DNA of 64,000 bases. Origin: Antedon mediterranea. Taxonomy: Eukaryota > Animalia > Echinodermata. Numbering within the stretch: position 1 is the stretch's first letter; the number at the start of each line of letters is the position of its first letter. Shown here in pieces: positions 36,001-49,069 of the stretch. The position numbers and the translations under genes were made by a program. Location of the stretch: positions 11,217,812-11,281,811 of the forward strand of contig NC_092675.1 of the NCBI RefSeq assembly GCF_964355755.1. Reading direction: 5' to 3'. The notes under the pieces are model-generated. The model was not told the DNA's origin. It made no database searches and saw only the letters and a program-made list of their open reading frames with translations.

Positions 36001-38256
36001 ATTGATCGCCAAGGAACTCGACCGCGTTCCATAGGCACAAACCTATTGGACTCGCCGCCAGCTCGTTCATCGAAACGCATGTTGTCATCGCCCGGATAAT
36101 GAGAGTCGCGATTTCAGATATCCCCATTAGGAGTACCGTAGTTGGAACAGGAATTAAACCACCTATCCGTGGTTACATTCGACACAGAGTTAACGTCAGG
36201 AATAACTGCTCCTCCTTCCCGTTAAAACTAATCGACGCATTCTTTGAAGTCACCTGATTATTAGGATTAACTTCAAGATCAGACCCTTCAAAGACCTCGT
36301 CAGTACTATCCTTTTATGATTTTCGCCGATGTCGGCGCATTATTATTTTTTTTTTTAACAGAGCCGGTGCTTTCTTCGTTATAAGCAAACACCGAATAAA
36401 GCACGTAGTTGATGCCATAGCTATCTAGATCCGCAACTCATGTTACGTCTCCCGATCGCGTGCAAGAACTCGTTCCGACCTCGAATCATTGCCCTCAGTC
36501 TTCTTACATTGAGCGAACTAGTTTACCATAAAACTCGCCCTTCTTCTAGTATACTCGTTCAGAATTACCGAGTTATACTGTGACTGAACTAAATTTACCG
36601 TTGGAATCTTTCGATTGAATTAGTCACCAATGAATACAGTAGACACATTTAGAAAGAACACACAGAACAATATCACAATGTAAGCTAATAATAAATTCTT
36701 TATAATCTCAAATAAATGTCCACTTCATTGATTCCTAAAACAACTACAACCCAACAGTAAATAACTGCGTAATAATAGAATTCTGAGCATTCGCCAGAGC
36801 GTACCGGCGTGCGTATAACTAAAACTCACATCCACATCCTAAAAATAGTATTCTAAAAATAGGATGTTTCCGTAAAGTAAATAGCCAATCAGAACTATTA
36901 GTACATAGAATTCTTTCATTGCTCAACCAATCAGAGTACGCACGTAACCGCGTCATCATCGCTTGCATTTTCATTCCCTGGATAGTGCACAGCTCGCGCT
37001 GCACGACCCTCTCAGGTAGCGACTATGCGAATGCAATGATATGATTGGTTGCTGTAGCCTAGCCAATCGTATGATGTCCAAGAACTGCGCGGCAGTTTGT
37101 TCGAATGGAATAAGACCTGGATGAGATCTGAAACAATATCGAAAAACTATCGCCCAAGACTCGGAGGATCTAGGCCTAATACAATTGACCAGTATACCTT
37201 AAATACATTTTCAACCATCTTCCCTCTAATGAAATTTTTTTTTTTTTCAAAAAAGGCAAAGGTTTAATTTATTTTTGCGGTTCATGATAAACTAATAAAA
37301 TAAATAAATAAATTCTTCCAACACTGCCGACTTCCAGTGAAGGAACGACGTAAACAACTGGCCCACTAATATGATAACTAATACTTCCTAGCCTAACCTA
37401 ATCGTATATTTTCCGAAATCGGACATGAAACACGGGCCATGTCGTTTCGTTCTGGAATCACGAGTCCAGCGGGTTAACATACAAAACCCATTCACGTCAC
37501 GAGCGTGAACATTCATGTCACGAGCATGAAATTCATGTCACGAGCATGAATAATAATATTCTTATACTACAGTTTCATCTAGTATAGGCCAATCGTTCAT
37601 TCGTCGAATATTAAATATAAAAAATAAAAATAATAAATCCTAATCTACTATTCATCCCCAACTCTCGGAGAGAACATGAACTTATAAGAAACATTCACGT
37701 TCTTATCCTCGAGACGGTGATGAATTGGCGAGGGCCGATACATTGAATGTAAATAAATAAACAACGCACGTCCAGATTCGCGTATTTTCGGCGTCATATT
37801 TCGCCAGAAAAATATCGCGTTTCATTTTAATTAATCCTCGTCGCCAATAAAGAGATTGCTAGTCTCTTGGTTTAGTTCCTTAACTACGATAAAAGACTAC
37901 AACGTAAAATACTCACCATTATAATAGTCTTTGTATGATAATAATGAGTGAGTAGTAATAATATAGGTTTAGTTTCCGTCGTCGACTTCTCAAGTGTCCC
38001 TAACGTACTTGACGTTCCAAGATACACACGGCGGAGCGCGTCCAGGTGTTTAGAGCGACGCGCTCCGCTTAAGCATCTGTGTAGCGGCACTACAGTATGC
38101 TGTGTTTTTCATCAATAAAAAAACAATTGTCAACAACATTGGCCTTGATGCAATTTATTTCCTATTTGTAATTTATGGCATTGTATTTGTAAGAATTAAA
38201 AAAACACGTGGTGGAGGGACAACTTTGTATTGAGTAACGCGGGTGGCTCTCTCTCC

Positions 38257-39105
38257 TCCCGTTGTTAAGCAGAGCTATATAAAGAGTTACGACATTGGAT
38301 TATAGTCACGTGATATGCAGATAAATTTGTGTCGAACTTGTCTCCACTAATGCATGTAAAGAATAGGAGCAAGAAAATACTTTAAACTTTTTCTTTTATT
38401 TAAAAAAATGTAATTGCACATTTTACGGTGAAATATCGATGTGCACAGCGTAAAAAAGTACTTGCGGCAAAGAATATTGCACGCGCGTGCGCTAGTACAT
38501 TATAAAGTTCGATTGATTGATTCTGGAACGAAACAACCCATAAATTAACTACGTCCTATTAATAACAATTATGTAACATTTTAAATTTATAATGCATGCT
38601 TTGATGACTAAATAAAATAATAAAGTGTCGTGGATATATTTGTTAATATATTGAATAGCGTATAAACAATATTAAAATAATAAAGGCAAATTATTACAAA
38701 TGAAATGATGAACGAGTCTCTGAAAGTTTGTGTCAAAAACACAGAGGGGTGAATTTGTGTGTTTTTTGTATTGGTTCATGCTTTGATGTATCCTGACTTG
38801 CATCATGGAGTATTAGTATTATTCTTTACTCCATGCTTGCATGTAGGCCCTAGCATTTATTCTTTTGTTATTATAGACACAATATATATATGTTACCAAA
38901 TTAATACCATTAATAAAATTAATTACTAAAATAAAAACGGAATATAATTATAAGCGTTATTTCATAGACAAAAAAATCTAAAAATAATGCATGAACTACA
39001 GGAAAACGCTATACAAAATAGACGCGCGCGCCCTCAGCGTGCGAATTCTTTGACACAAAATGGCTTCTAATGTCGTAACTCTTTTATATGGCTTTGACAA
39101 CGGGA
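38257..39105. mobile_element. TIR element between the two promoters
   Basis: ~40-bp imperfect TIR (tcccgttgt..tatataaagagttacgacatt / aatgtcgtaactcttttatat..acaacggga); no clear TSD. Confidence 0.6.
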
Positions 39106-39469
39106 ATCCATACTTTACTCTAATTGGCCGACGGTTGCTGGGATGTCGTCGTCTGCTCCTACTTATGTTGCGTCAAAAATAATGTTATAGTATTTGTTTA
39201 AAATTATAGAAATAAAGTATTTGTATGTATTTTAATTCAATAAATAATATTCTAAAGGCAAATTATTATTTGTTGTGCAAAAATATGTTATGATATCTGT
39301 TTACATAATTTATAATTTATTTTAAAAGTATTTAGTGTGGGCACATAAGACGACTGCTACTTTTTCACGTCACGTCACGTCTCCACGTCATCATATCTTC
39401 GCCGTGTCTGCTGCTGCTGCTGGAAGGGAAAGCTGGGCATCTTGATTATATTATCGTTTTTCTATTAAA

Positions 39470-39568
39470 ATGGCAAACCAAGAGGATATTGATGAGTTGT
39501 ATGAAATTAAGAATGCATTTTATCTTGGAAATTATCAGCATTGTATAAATGAAGCACAGAATTTAAAG
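39470..39568 (+). CDS. COPE: Coatomer subunit epsilon exon 1 ([33 protein letters not shown])
   Basis: DEL..KNAFY.G.YQ.CINEAQ is the epsilon-COP N-terminus; AAG|GTTAGC donor. Confidence 0.96.
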
Positions 39569-39807
39569 GTTAGCTAGCCTACTAGGCTAGGCCTAGCTAG
39601 TAGGGCCTAGGGCCTAGGCCTAGCTAGGCCTAGGCCTAGGCCTATCTATTGTCTTTACTAAATTACACACAACTTTTCCTAGCTAGGCTACTCTCTATTT
39701 CTATCTACTAGCCTAGGGCCAGGCTAGCCTAGGCCTACTGTAGGCCCACTAGGCTAGGCCGGGAACTTACCTATCTACTAGGGCCTAGCTAGCAGTAGCT
39801 AGGGTAG

Positions 39808-41863
39808 GGATGCTAGTCAAGTCGCCCCATCGCAAAGTCGCCCCATACAAAGTCGCCCCTTACACAGTCGCCCCTTACACAGTCGCCCCATCGCAAAGTC
39901 ACCCCAAAACAAAGTCGCCCCGACACAGTCGCCCCATCGCAAAGTCGCCCCATCGCAAAGTCGCCCCATCGCAAAGTCGCCCCAACGCAAAGTCGCCCCA
40001 TCGCAAAGTCGCCCCATCACAAAGTTGCCCTATCGCAAAGTCGCCCCAAAACGTTAAAAAAATAGTTTACAAGTGCGTAAAATGTCGCAATGATACACAA
40101 AACACGGAACGTGTAGGCATCATAAAAGGGGAAGCCCCGCTATGTAGTCTCAGGTGGCACGCACCATAATTTGTGTTTTAATTTTTATTTTACAGGTTTT
40201 AATGGAGTGATGTGCTTTTTAAAAATCATTAAAAAAATAGTTCCTTGTTTGAAAGTTCTAAAAAGATTATCCCTGATTTATAGTTTCGAAAATATTAATT
40301 TAATATGATTTTAAAATTAGTTACCAGAGCCACAATTACAAATCTTTCTTCAACCTACGCGTGGATACCAGCTCATTTTTTAGGATAATATAATAATGTA
40401 TAAATGTGTAGTAGGCCTTCGTACTGAGATTTACAGCAGTTAAAACAATAACAGCGTTGTAAGACAATGAGTGTTATAGGCTACTTATTGATCATTTTGC
40501 ATTTATTGACAAGTTATGTGTCTATTGTTATTTAATTTTAGTATCACTTTTCAAAATGAAGAAATAAAAAATACTCAATAAAAGGATTTCATCGCCGATA
40601 TGATCGTTTTACACATGTAGGTATTTTAGTAAAATTAAAACGCTACATTTTGACCATGGAAAAACCATCTTACAGTATCGTGTGCCGGTTTTTTAAAAAG
40701 GGAATCCCCGACGGTCAGCAGAAAGACGTAACACTAACAGCTGCCAGAAGGCGCCGGTTGGTTTCAGATTGGAGTCGCCTTTTATTCAACAGCACAATTA
40801 TCATTTTACTGAAGAAATTTCTTTTCAACCCTTTTGGTTATAGAACATTCTAATTATCATGCCTAATAAATATCCTCATATCGGGTGTTTATTTAATTTT
40901 AAATTAAACAAGACAGTGAAGAGGCACGGAATAATACATACAAACACGGACGTACGACGAATACACACACGCACGTCATCATTTACGACATATAGTGGTG
41001 ATACCTGTATGATGCAATTTTATAATGGATATAATGATGGGATTGCCTTTCCAGGCTTATATAATCAATGTTCATTATAATACTAATAGCAAACTGAATG
41101 TTTATAAATAAATTGTTTTACGTAATTTGTTGCATATAAAATAAAAGACACACTGACGTAGCCTACGTTTCCTATAAAATATTTCACATTTAAATAATTA
41201 TGTACTGTTAAATGACATTATGCCGAATAATACATAATCTTAAACTATGTTTACAAATTGTCATTTTTTAACGAAGACATCCCCGGCACACATCTTTCTC
41301 ATCATTGACCTGTAAAATAAAAAAAAATCAATTATTAATATAGGCCTAATAATAATAAATATTCATCGACCAAAGTAAAAATAATCTAGATTGTAACATC
41401 ATTTTATCGCGACCAAAATTAAACGCGACCGATTTTGAACGCGACAGATATCATCGTAGAACTCCGGCAGGGTTTCCCATCTTCAGATGGTGTGTTGTAG
41501 TGCAACAACGGTGGAGTAATTACGGGGGGTTTCCCTCTGGTGAGCTAGCACGTTAGTGCGACCGCGAAGTGATTGTCGTCCTCTCTGATGATGGGGGAGC
41601 GTGCCGATCGTGTGACCTGAGACTACATGGCGGGGCTTCCCCTTTTATGCCTACACATTCCGTGTTATTTTGTGTATCATTGCGACATTTTACGCACTTG
41701 TAAACTATTTAAACATTTTGGGGCGACTTTGCGATTGGGCGACCTTGTGTTGAGGCGACTTTGCGATGGGGCGACCGTGTCGGGGCGACTTTGCAATGGG
41801 GCGACTGTGTAAGGGTGACTTTGTATGGGGCGACTTTGCGATGGGGCAACTTGACTAGCATCC
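39808..41863. mobile_element. Foldback (TU/Mutator-like) element with tandem 16-bp repeats in long TIRs
   Basis: ggatgctagtcaagt.../...acttgactagcatcc; arrays of cgcaaagtcgccccat at 39820-40050 and inverted at 41720-41850; no TSD seen. Confidence 0.85.
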
Positions 41864-42956
41864 GATAAAATCAACATCTGGAGTTTTGTATGAAGTGCCG
41901 CTAGGCCTAGATACACTTTTTATCATATTAGGCCTAGGCCTAGAACTTTTACGTTTTATATTGGTTGTGTTTTATTTTGGTCGCGCTAGTTCCGTTTCGG
42001 CGTTTCGCACCTGTCATTTATCTTAAGTAACTTTATCGTGAGTACCACACCTTAGAATTAGGCCTCAAAAATAATTTTACGAACAAATAAATCCTTTAAA
42101 TTGATGAATTTACAGGTGTGTTTCTTGCACATCGGTTCGTCGCATACGCCATGTTCAATGTTGTTGTTTCTATGGAGCGCCAAAAGAGCAATCATAATAG
42201 AGGGTTAAAAACTCAATATAATGCGTATATTTAATGCATTTATTGGTGAAAATTACGTTCAATTTTAATATATTTTGTCAATGTTAATGCAACAAAAATG
42301 TTACTGTTGATACTGTACATGGTTTTCGCAGTTTTTGTTAACTTTTAAGAATGAAAATCAACAAATTCATCATCATATCACATGTACTGTAGGTTAATAC
42401 CTCAATGATCTAAATAATATTCCTCGTTATACTTAGGCCTTGGCTAGGTAGTGATGCTGATTTTAGCCTAATGTTTTGTTGCATTGACATTAGGGAGTTT
42501 TCGCAATCCGACGAATACGATAACGAAAATGGATACGTCACGCACACGTATTCGTTTTTTGTAAGCCAGTAAAAATATTGAATGAATAAACTTAACAATT
42601 TGTGATTTCGTAGCAATGAGTTTTTCATTCGATTTTTGCCCACTGTTTTATTTTATGTCTAATGTATCAACTAATTATACACCATGAAAAACACCCAGTT
42701 AGTTTGGCATTTTATACCTTCGTTATGTATTTGCACGCACATTTAATTCACACAGCACAATTTTTCTTTAGCGTCTTTTATTTTCGAAAAGTCTGAACAG
42801 TCAAAAGTAAAGTCTAAAGTTCCATAACCCACTATTGCTTATAATTTTTTCGCCTACATATATTTTTAATTAAAGGGATAGTGTATAACAAATCAATGGC
42901 AGTAGTTCCGGATTTTGTGATAAATTTAGTTTTTATTTTAATAATTTAATAATAGC

Positions 42957-43267
42957 GAGTGAGTGGCCGAGCGGTTAAGACAGTGGAACCGTAATTATGT
43001 AGCCATAACATCAGCAGGGGTTCGAGGCTCACTCACTCCATGGTTCTGGTGGTAGAACGAGTCTTCTCGGATAGGACTATAAACCGTAGGTCCAGTGTAC
43101 ACATCTAGCTCGTGTGCACTTTAAAGAACCTAGTACATCTTTCGAGACGAGTAGGGGGTTACCCCGGTGTATTAGTACTTCACAGCCACTGATCATTAAC
43201 TGGGCCCTCTGGGAGACCAGTCTTTGATAAGGTTACCCAGTATAAATATATATTTCAATCAATCAAT
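42957..43267 (+). mobile_element. Deu-domain tRNA-SINE, copy 2
   Basis: Head GAGTGAG...CTCACTC-CA folds like tRNA-Ser/Leu; near-identical to 17430-17745. Confidence 0.85.
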
Positions 43268-44553
43268 AAGTACGTTTATCAGAGTAGTATAAACACATAT
43301 GAAGGCAGAAAAGACTGTAGAGCGCGGGTTAACTGCTACTGTAGTAATAATATAATAGCACTAAGCCAAAATTTGTTCCTCTATCTCCTCCTAAACCACA
43401 AATCCGAGATTAATGCCGTTGCATTACAGTAGTGATATTAGGATAGAAAATTTGTACGAAAAGGTGTTTTTAGACCAATTTCTTTGCAACTTCCGAACCC
43501 TGAGATCGGTAATTTTCGGCTGTTTCAAAGATCGATCGAGCATGCAAAACACAATAACAAATTAAGAGCGTTACGGAAAGCAGGTCATCGTAGCTCGAGC
43601 GTGCAATATAATATAACAATTAAAGAGCAGGTCATTGTCGACCCAGCTACCATGCACACACTGATTTATTTCGAACGTAAATCCCAACCGGATAGACGAT
43701 AAAATTCTCAGCTCATCCGCCGATGTTTGTACCCCAATGCATGTCGCCCAGACGCATCCATGTCACTGTTCTCTAGTCGGAAATAATATATGTTATAATT
43801 AATTATTATCCAGTTTTAAGTTTTTCTGAAAAGATTTATTGGTGTCAACTGTCATACTTTTAAAAATCAATTAATTTGAAAAACAAAATGGTGACCATTA
43901 AATGAACTTCAAAAAAATGCTGTAATTGAAATCCTTGACCCTCAAAACATATACTGTACATTGCCGCCAAAAACACTTCCATACACGATGTGAGCAAAAA
44001 TCTGTATTTTTATGGCGGTCATTTTGAAAAGGAAGAAATTGCGACCATTAAGTGAATTTAGAAAATGCTGTTTTTCGATTTCTTGACCCTCACAACCTAT
44101 ACTTTGCCAGTAAAATCACATCCATACACAATTTCGAAGTTGAGATGAGTACAAATTCTGTTTTATTTTATGGATGCCATTTTAAAAATCCAAAATGGCA
44201 ACTTTCCCCAGGCCAGATGAGCTGGAACTTTTGTTGGTCGATATATAGACCCTATAACACAAATCAGTTGAGGTACACTTGTTTATAATTTTTTCCCAGA
44301 TTGGAATAGGGATTCCTGCTTTTAAACAACCACAAGTTGAAATTTCTGATGATTTCATTGTCATAACTTAGATTTGGGTCGCATTTATGAAAGAGCAAAG
44401 CTCTGAAGGAGTTGTGACTTTAAAATGATGGATTGGCTGAAATTTACTAGATAAAAGTCCAGAAGGGTGTGTAGACATTTTCCTTTTAGTTGTTGTCACA
44501 TTGACTTTGACACAAAAGTTTAAATTGCACTTTTTAAATTTTATTTTGTATAG

Positions 44554-44616
44554 CCATCAAATTCAGATACCCGTGTAGCAAGAGATGTCTTCATGTACAG
44601 AGCATATGCAGCTGGT
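44554..44616 (+). CDS. COPE: COPE exon 2 (PSNSDTRVARDVFMYRAYAAG)
   Basis: RDVF.YRAY motif; GT|GTAAGT donor. Confidence 0.95.
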
Positions 44617-44737
44617 GTAAGTAAAACTACACAATTTAGATTTGTTGGTTATGATAAATTTACATTATAAATATTGACCTGAATTTAGAACTGGTTGGTT
44701 ATTAAAATGTTTTATTCCTTTTTTTTTTAAATTTCAG

Positions 44738-44838
44738 TACAAATTTGGTGTTGTTCTTGATGAAGTTAGCACCTCATCACCTCCAGAACTTGTTGCTGTT
44801 CGAACTCTTGCAGACTATCTAGCAAGCAAAAGCAAAAG
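44738..44838 (+). CDS. COPE: COPE exon 3 (YKFGVVLDEVSTSSPPELVAVRTLADYLASKSKR)
   Basis: KFGVVLDE...PEL.AVR..ADYL. Confidence 0.96.
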
Positions 44839-44960
44839 GTATTCATACAAAATGCATTGAAACTGCACAAAATCGCTTGTGAAATTGATCTGTCAAAAGA
44901 ACCTGTATTGTAGCATTTCACTTTACAGGGCTTTTAATTCCCTGACTGAGAACCTGTTAA

Positions 44961-47900
44961 AATGGACCTGAAATGGACTTTCAATTTTCAAGAAATTCCC
45001 ACATGTTATTTAAATGTATCAAATTAACACAAACCCATACAAATAAAAACAAAATGTATAGTATTTTGAGTAAAAACGAAATTTTAAGATACCATGGTAA
45101 ATTAGCGAAAATTACTCACGCCATTGCAATATTCTAATTCAACGGCCGTCGGAAGCCTCTATATTCACGACGTCACATATACTGTTATACACACGATGAT
45201 GATATCGAGAGCGTGTATGCCGCCCGATAGTCAATGAAGGATCGACGGCCTGGAAAGACACGCGAAGCGTTGACACTAATACTAATTTATTCAATATCTA
45301 ATGTTGTTGAAATATAGGTCCCTTAAATGTACTTTGTTAGTTCTAAAACCCGAATTTAGAAGACCTACCTCCCAAAGTCGATCCACCACCCCACATCATG
45401 CGGCGTGGCTCCGTTTCATGTGCATCCAAGGACCAAAGCGATATCAACAACTTGCAAAATATGAATAAAATTCGTTTTCGAACTGCCTGATTCGTGACAA
45501 ATAAATTATCATCTCATATTACTAATTTAATTCTGCTAAACTAAAAACTAAAGAAACTAACACATTTTAGCAGTATAAATTACGAACGATATACAAAATA
45601 CACGAACGGAAAATATGGATACGCATCATTGCCACACTCACGTCATATTGCGAATTTTGGACAAAAAGTGTTTTGAGAGCGCTTTTGATTTAAACATTAG
45701 CGCGAGCCTATCTTTACCGCTGAGAATTGTATTGAGAAACCCGAAGACTTCACGCGAGCGAGACGAACTGACTAAGAACATTATTACTATAGATTTTCAC
45801 TTCATACACGCTTATTATTGAACAATAGTTAGTATAAATAACTGCTAGTTAATTAGAGACATTCGATGTTACTAAGAATACTAAAGAAATTACTTATAAT
45901 ACAAATTTAAAAGATTTATAACGTTTCTAGTTTAGGTAACATTCGCCCATTAACAATGAAAACAAACAAATCCTGCGTAGAAAATCGCGGAACTCTAAAA
46001 AGTTTGTTTTAATATCACGCTAAAATTGTTTCCGAATTTTTAAATACATATTTGTAAATATTATGTTAAATTTCAATATCTTTACTTTTAATCCTCAAAA
46101 AATCAAAATGTTGTTATTTTTTAAAAGAAATTTATGATCATTTGAAATCGGGTATATTTACTATCGATCGCGCTCTGCCGGTGCCCGAGTAGGTGTGTAC
46201 GCGTCGCTTTTGCAGGCTCTATTCCCAGTAGCGAGTTTCGGTCGCGCTAACATAAGCAATGTTTTCTACATTTACATGCATTAGGGGTAAATTATGTTTA
46301 ATTGTTTTTACCGCATAACAAAATTCCCAAATTTATTTCTTTTCTTGCCTAACCGTTTCTGTCACCCTAAAATTAATACTTTAACTGCATAATTTTAAGC
46401 GAAAATAACATAAAAATAGGCCTACTATAATTTGATCACTTCTGCGCAATACTTTAAAGTTGTTGTATACAATACAATTATTTTAAGAATATAAATAAAA
46501 ACACACAGAAACTAATAAAATGGCAACTAATTGAAAAGTCAAACTCATTTATTTCATCAATTAAATATTTGAAAAAAATCAAATCAAGCAAGGTACTGCT
46601 GTGTAGGCCTTAAATATGATTACTGTATTTTTTAGTTTTAATTTGTATAATGGCCTAGGCCTAATAATATAGTACTAACAACAAGTTTATTTCTAAAGGC
46701 AAGAATAACAAACAGCTTTATTTATTTACCTTCAATATTAAATCTATGAGAAACCTCAATTATGAGAATCATTTAAATTTCTGTCACCGTACATTTCATT
46801 ATAATGAAAACCTTTAATTTAAAAGACATTTAATTAATAAGAGCTGGTCAAATTTTTTTGAATGTCAACATGCTGTCCATAAATAGCCGCTTTCAAGTGA
46901 TGCAAATGTTTTCTGGAGTCAGATCCTATAAAAAATATAGAAATATAAAAAGTATGTTAATTTAAATATGTATTTGAAAGATGGGCTAGAGGTATACTGC
47001 ATGATAAATTAGGCTGAAAAACCTAGCATGTGGTCCTAGGCCTACTACAAGGCCTAGCTTAATGTTTTAAATCCCATAAAACGTTTGAATTTAATACAAG
47101 TACAAAATCTAATTTATATAGAGTTGTAAAGTGTGGTACATTCAGTACATTAATTAAAATAAATGAGAATGGGGCCTAATATTAATAAATAAACATGTAA
47201 AAAAATTGGCCTAAACGACTACGTGTGTATCTTATACGCATTGATTAACACGCAGTACGCGTTGGACCATCAAGGCTAGGCCCAGCTTCGCACAAACCAC
47301 CGTTATACATGTGATTTGTTTACCTATTTCAATCGCCATTTAAAAAATACCTGAAAATATCAACATGCCCATTTTTTGTCAAACGAATATTTACATTACA
47401 TAGTAACTTTTTATTTAGTCACTCGTTTACTCAAAAATTGAGGAATTTTTTTATGGTCTCGAAAAAATGTACAATATTATTATTGATAAAAACCGTATAA
47501 AATCTAACAAAAAGAAGGGCAAATTCAATGATTACCTGACACGATCATAACTGCTATCCTGTTCCAAAAACCAAGTCACGTGCTTCTTCAACCCTTGCTT
47601 TAATTATTCTCATGAATTATTCATAAGGAACTATAATTTAAGGCTTTCAATTGGTTAAAAGAGTTTAACCCTATTAAAATTTTAAATTCACATCATTTCC
47701 GGGTGATGTTGTCGCGCTTCGATGAATCTCAGAAATCACAAATGACCGCTAGAGGGCTCACTACTTTTTGTCTAGTCTAAATGAATGTGCGCACGGAGCT
47801 GTATCCCGGACAACGTTGCCAGGCCAACTTCGATATTGCCAGAAAAAAACCGTTGATTTTAAGATTTTAAATCGTTATTTTACTCGATGAATAACCGTTT

Positions 47901-48201
47901 ATACGGTAATAATTTTATCTAAAAAAATTCTAAATACGTTTCTGCAAATGCACAAGCATTTTTTAGAAAATACTCCATAGATTTCAAGAGTTATAGCCAA
48001 AAAACTGCAAATTGTCCATTGGAGGGATAGGAATATATTCGCAAAGTGACGTCACCCGCGAATTTTTTTTGATTTTCAAATGGGGCTTTCCCCAAAAGGG
48101 CCAATTTATATTTTGTAACAATATACATTCTAGCAACACCTAATAGCCCCCAAAACATCATTCTAAAATGAAAAAAATCGAAAATCCATTTCAGGTCCAT
48201 T
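44961..48201. mobile_element. Non-autonomous TTAA-targeting TIR element, Kolobok-like
   Basis: ttaa|aatggacctgaaatgga...tccatttcaggtccatt|ttaa; fills most of COPE intron 3; no long ORF. Confidence 0.8.
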
Positions 48202-48259
48202 TTAAGAAAATATGTAATGAATGTAGTTTTTCATGTTGAGGTGTTTTCTTTTTTTTTAG

Positions 48260-48362
48260 AGAGAAAATAGTTTGTAATCTGGATGGTCAAATGAGCAGCA
48301 ATGTTGATATCAGTAACAGCACCTTTCTGCTAATGGCAGCATCCATTTATTATCATGAAAAA
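48260..48362 (+). CDS. COPE: COPE exon 4 (EKIVCNLDGQMSSNVDISNSTFLLMAASIYYHEK)
   Basis: TFLLMAASIY motif; phases 2/0. Confidence 0.96.
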
Positions 48363-48459
48363 GTAAATAAAGTCTACCTTTTCATAGGCATTACACTCTC
48401 CCAGTCTTCCTTTCGACATTTAAAAATCAAAACTAGTAGTACACAGTTTAACTAATTCA

Positions 48460-48660
48460 TAGCCATAACATCGGCAAGGGTTTGAGGCTTACTCAATCCA
48501 TGGTTCTAGTGGTAGGTCAAGTCTTCTTTGGTATTAGGATTATAAACCATAGGCCCAGTGTACACAAAATGCCTGTGTGCACTTTTAAGAACCTACAACA
48601 TCTTTGGAGTCAAGTAGGGGGTTACCCTGGTGTACTAACTCACACAGCCACTGTCATCTA
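48460..48660 (+). mobile_element. Deu-domain SINE, diverged truncated copy 3
   Basis: tagccataacatcggc...agtagggggttaccctggtg aligns with copies 1 and 2. Confidence 0.7.
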
Positions 48661-48870
48661 TAATCAAAGCAGCTCTAGAATTGGCAGCACTGACATGACG
48701 TGACTCTGGAGTTAAGCATGTAGTTGGAAGATAACAAAGGCAAATATAAAGTTATATTTTTTATTGCTGTCATTCCATACCTTATAGTGCCATGTATTGT
48801 AAAAAGAAAGATTTCTGGTTCCTGTGGTTCTTATAATCACATCACATTAAAACATTGTTTTTATTTTTAG

Positions 48871-48920
48871 AATTACGATTCAGCTCTTCGTTGTTTGCAT
48901 TCATCAGATGACTTGGAATG
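48871..48920 (+). CDS. COPE: COPE exon 5 (NYDSALRCLHSSDDLEC)
   Basis: ALR.LH..D.LEC; canonical splice sites. Confidence 0.94.
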
Positions 48921-49069
48921 GTAAATATACTTTAGACTATACTAAAGTTCGATCAACTTTATTATAAATAGGTATCCCAATGAACGTGCGTTGTGTTGTG
49001 ACAGTTTTGAAATATTTACGAAATTCTAAAAAGTGATATGGGTATGATGTTAGAATTACTACATTAATT

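Larger units (their letters stand above)
33544..38094 (-). mobile_element. Non-autonomous LTR retroelement with decayed gag, no pol, and a cargo ORF
   Basis: Identical 247-bp LTRs (33544-33790, 37848-38094); minus-strand termini TG..TA; 4-bp TSD GTAT; PBS TGGCGACGAGGATT ending at 37846; PPT aacaaggaggaa abutting 33790. Confidence 0.92.

Noticed and set aside
35536-36012. 158-aa ORF inside the LTR element as a separate gene
   Set aside because: It is the alternative frame of the decayed gag; the gag-like motifs lie in the neighbouring frame.
39810-40169. ORFs with VAPSQS/GRLC repeats
   Set aside because: Translations of the 16-bp TIR tandem repeat.
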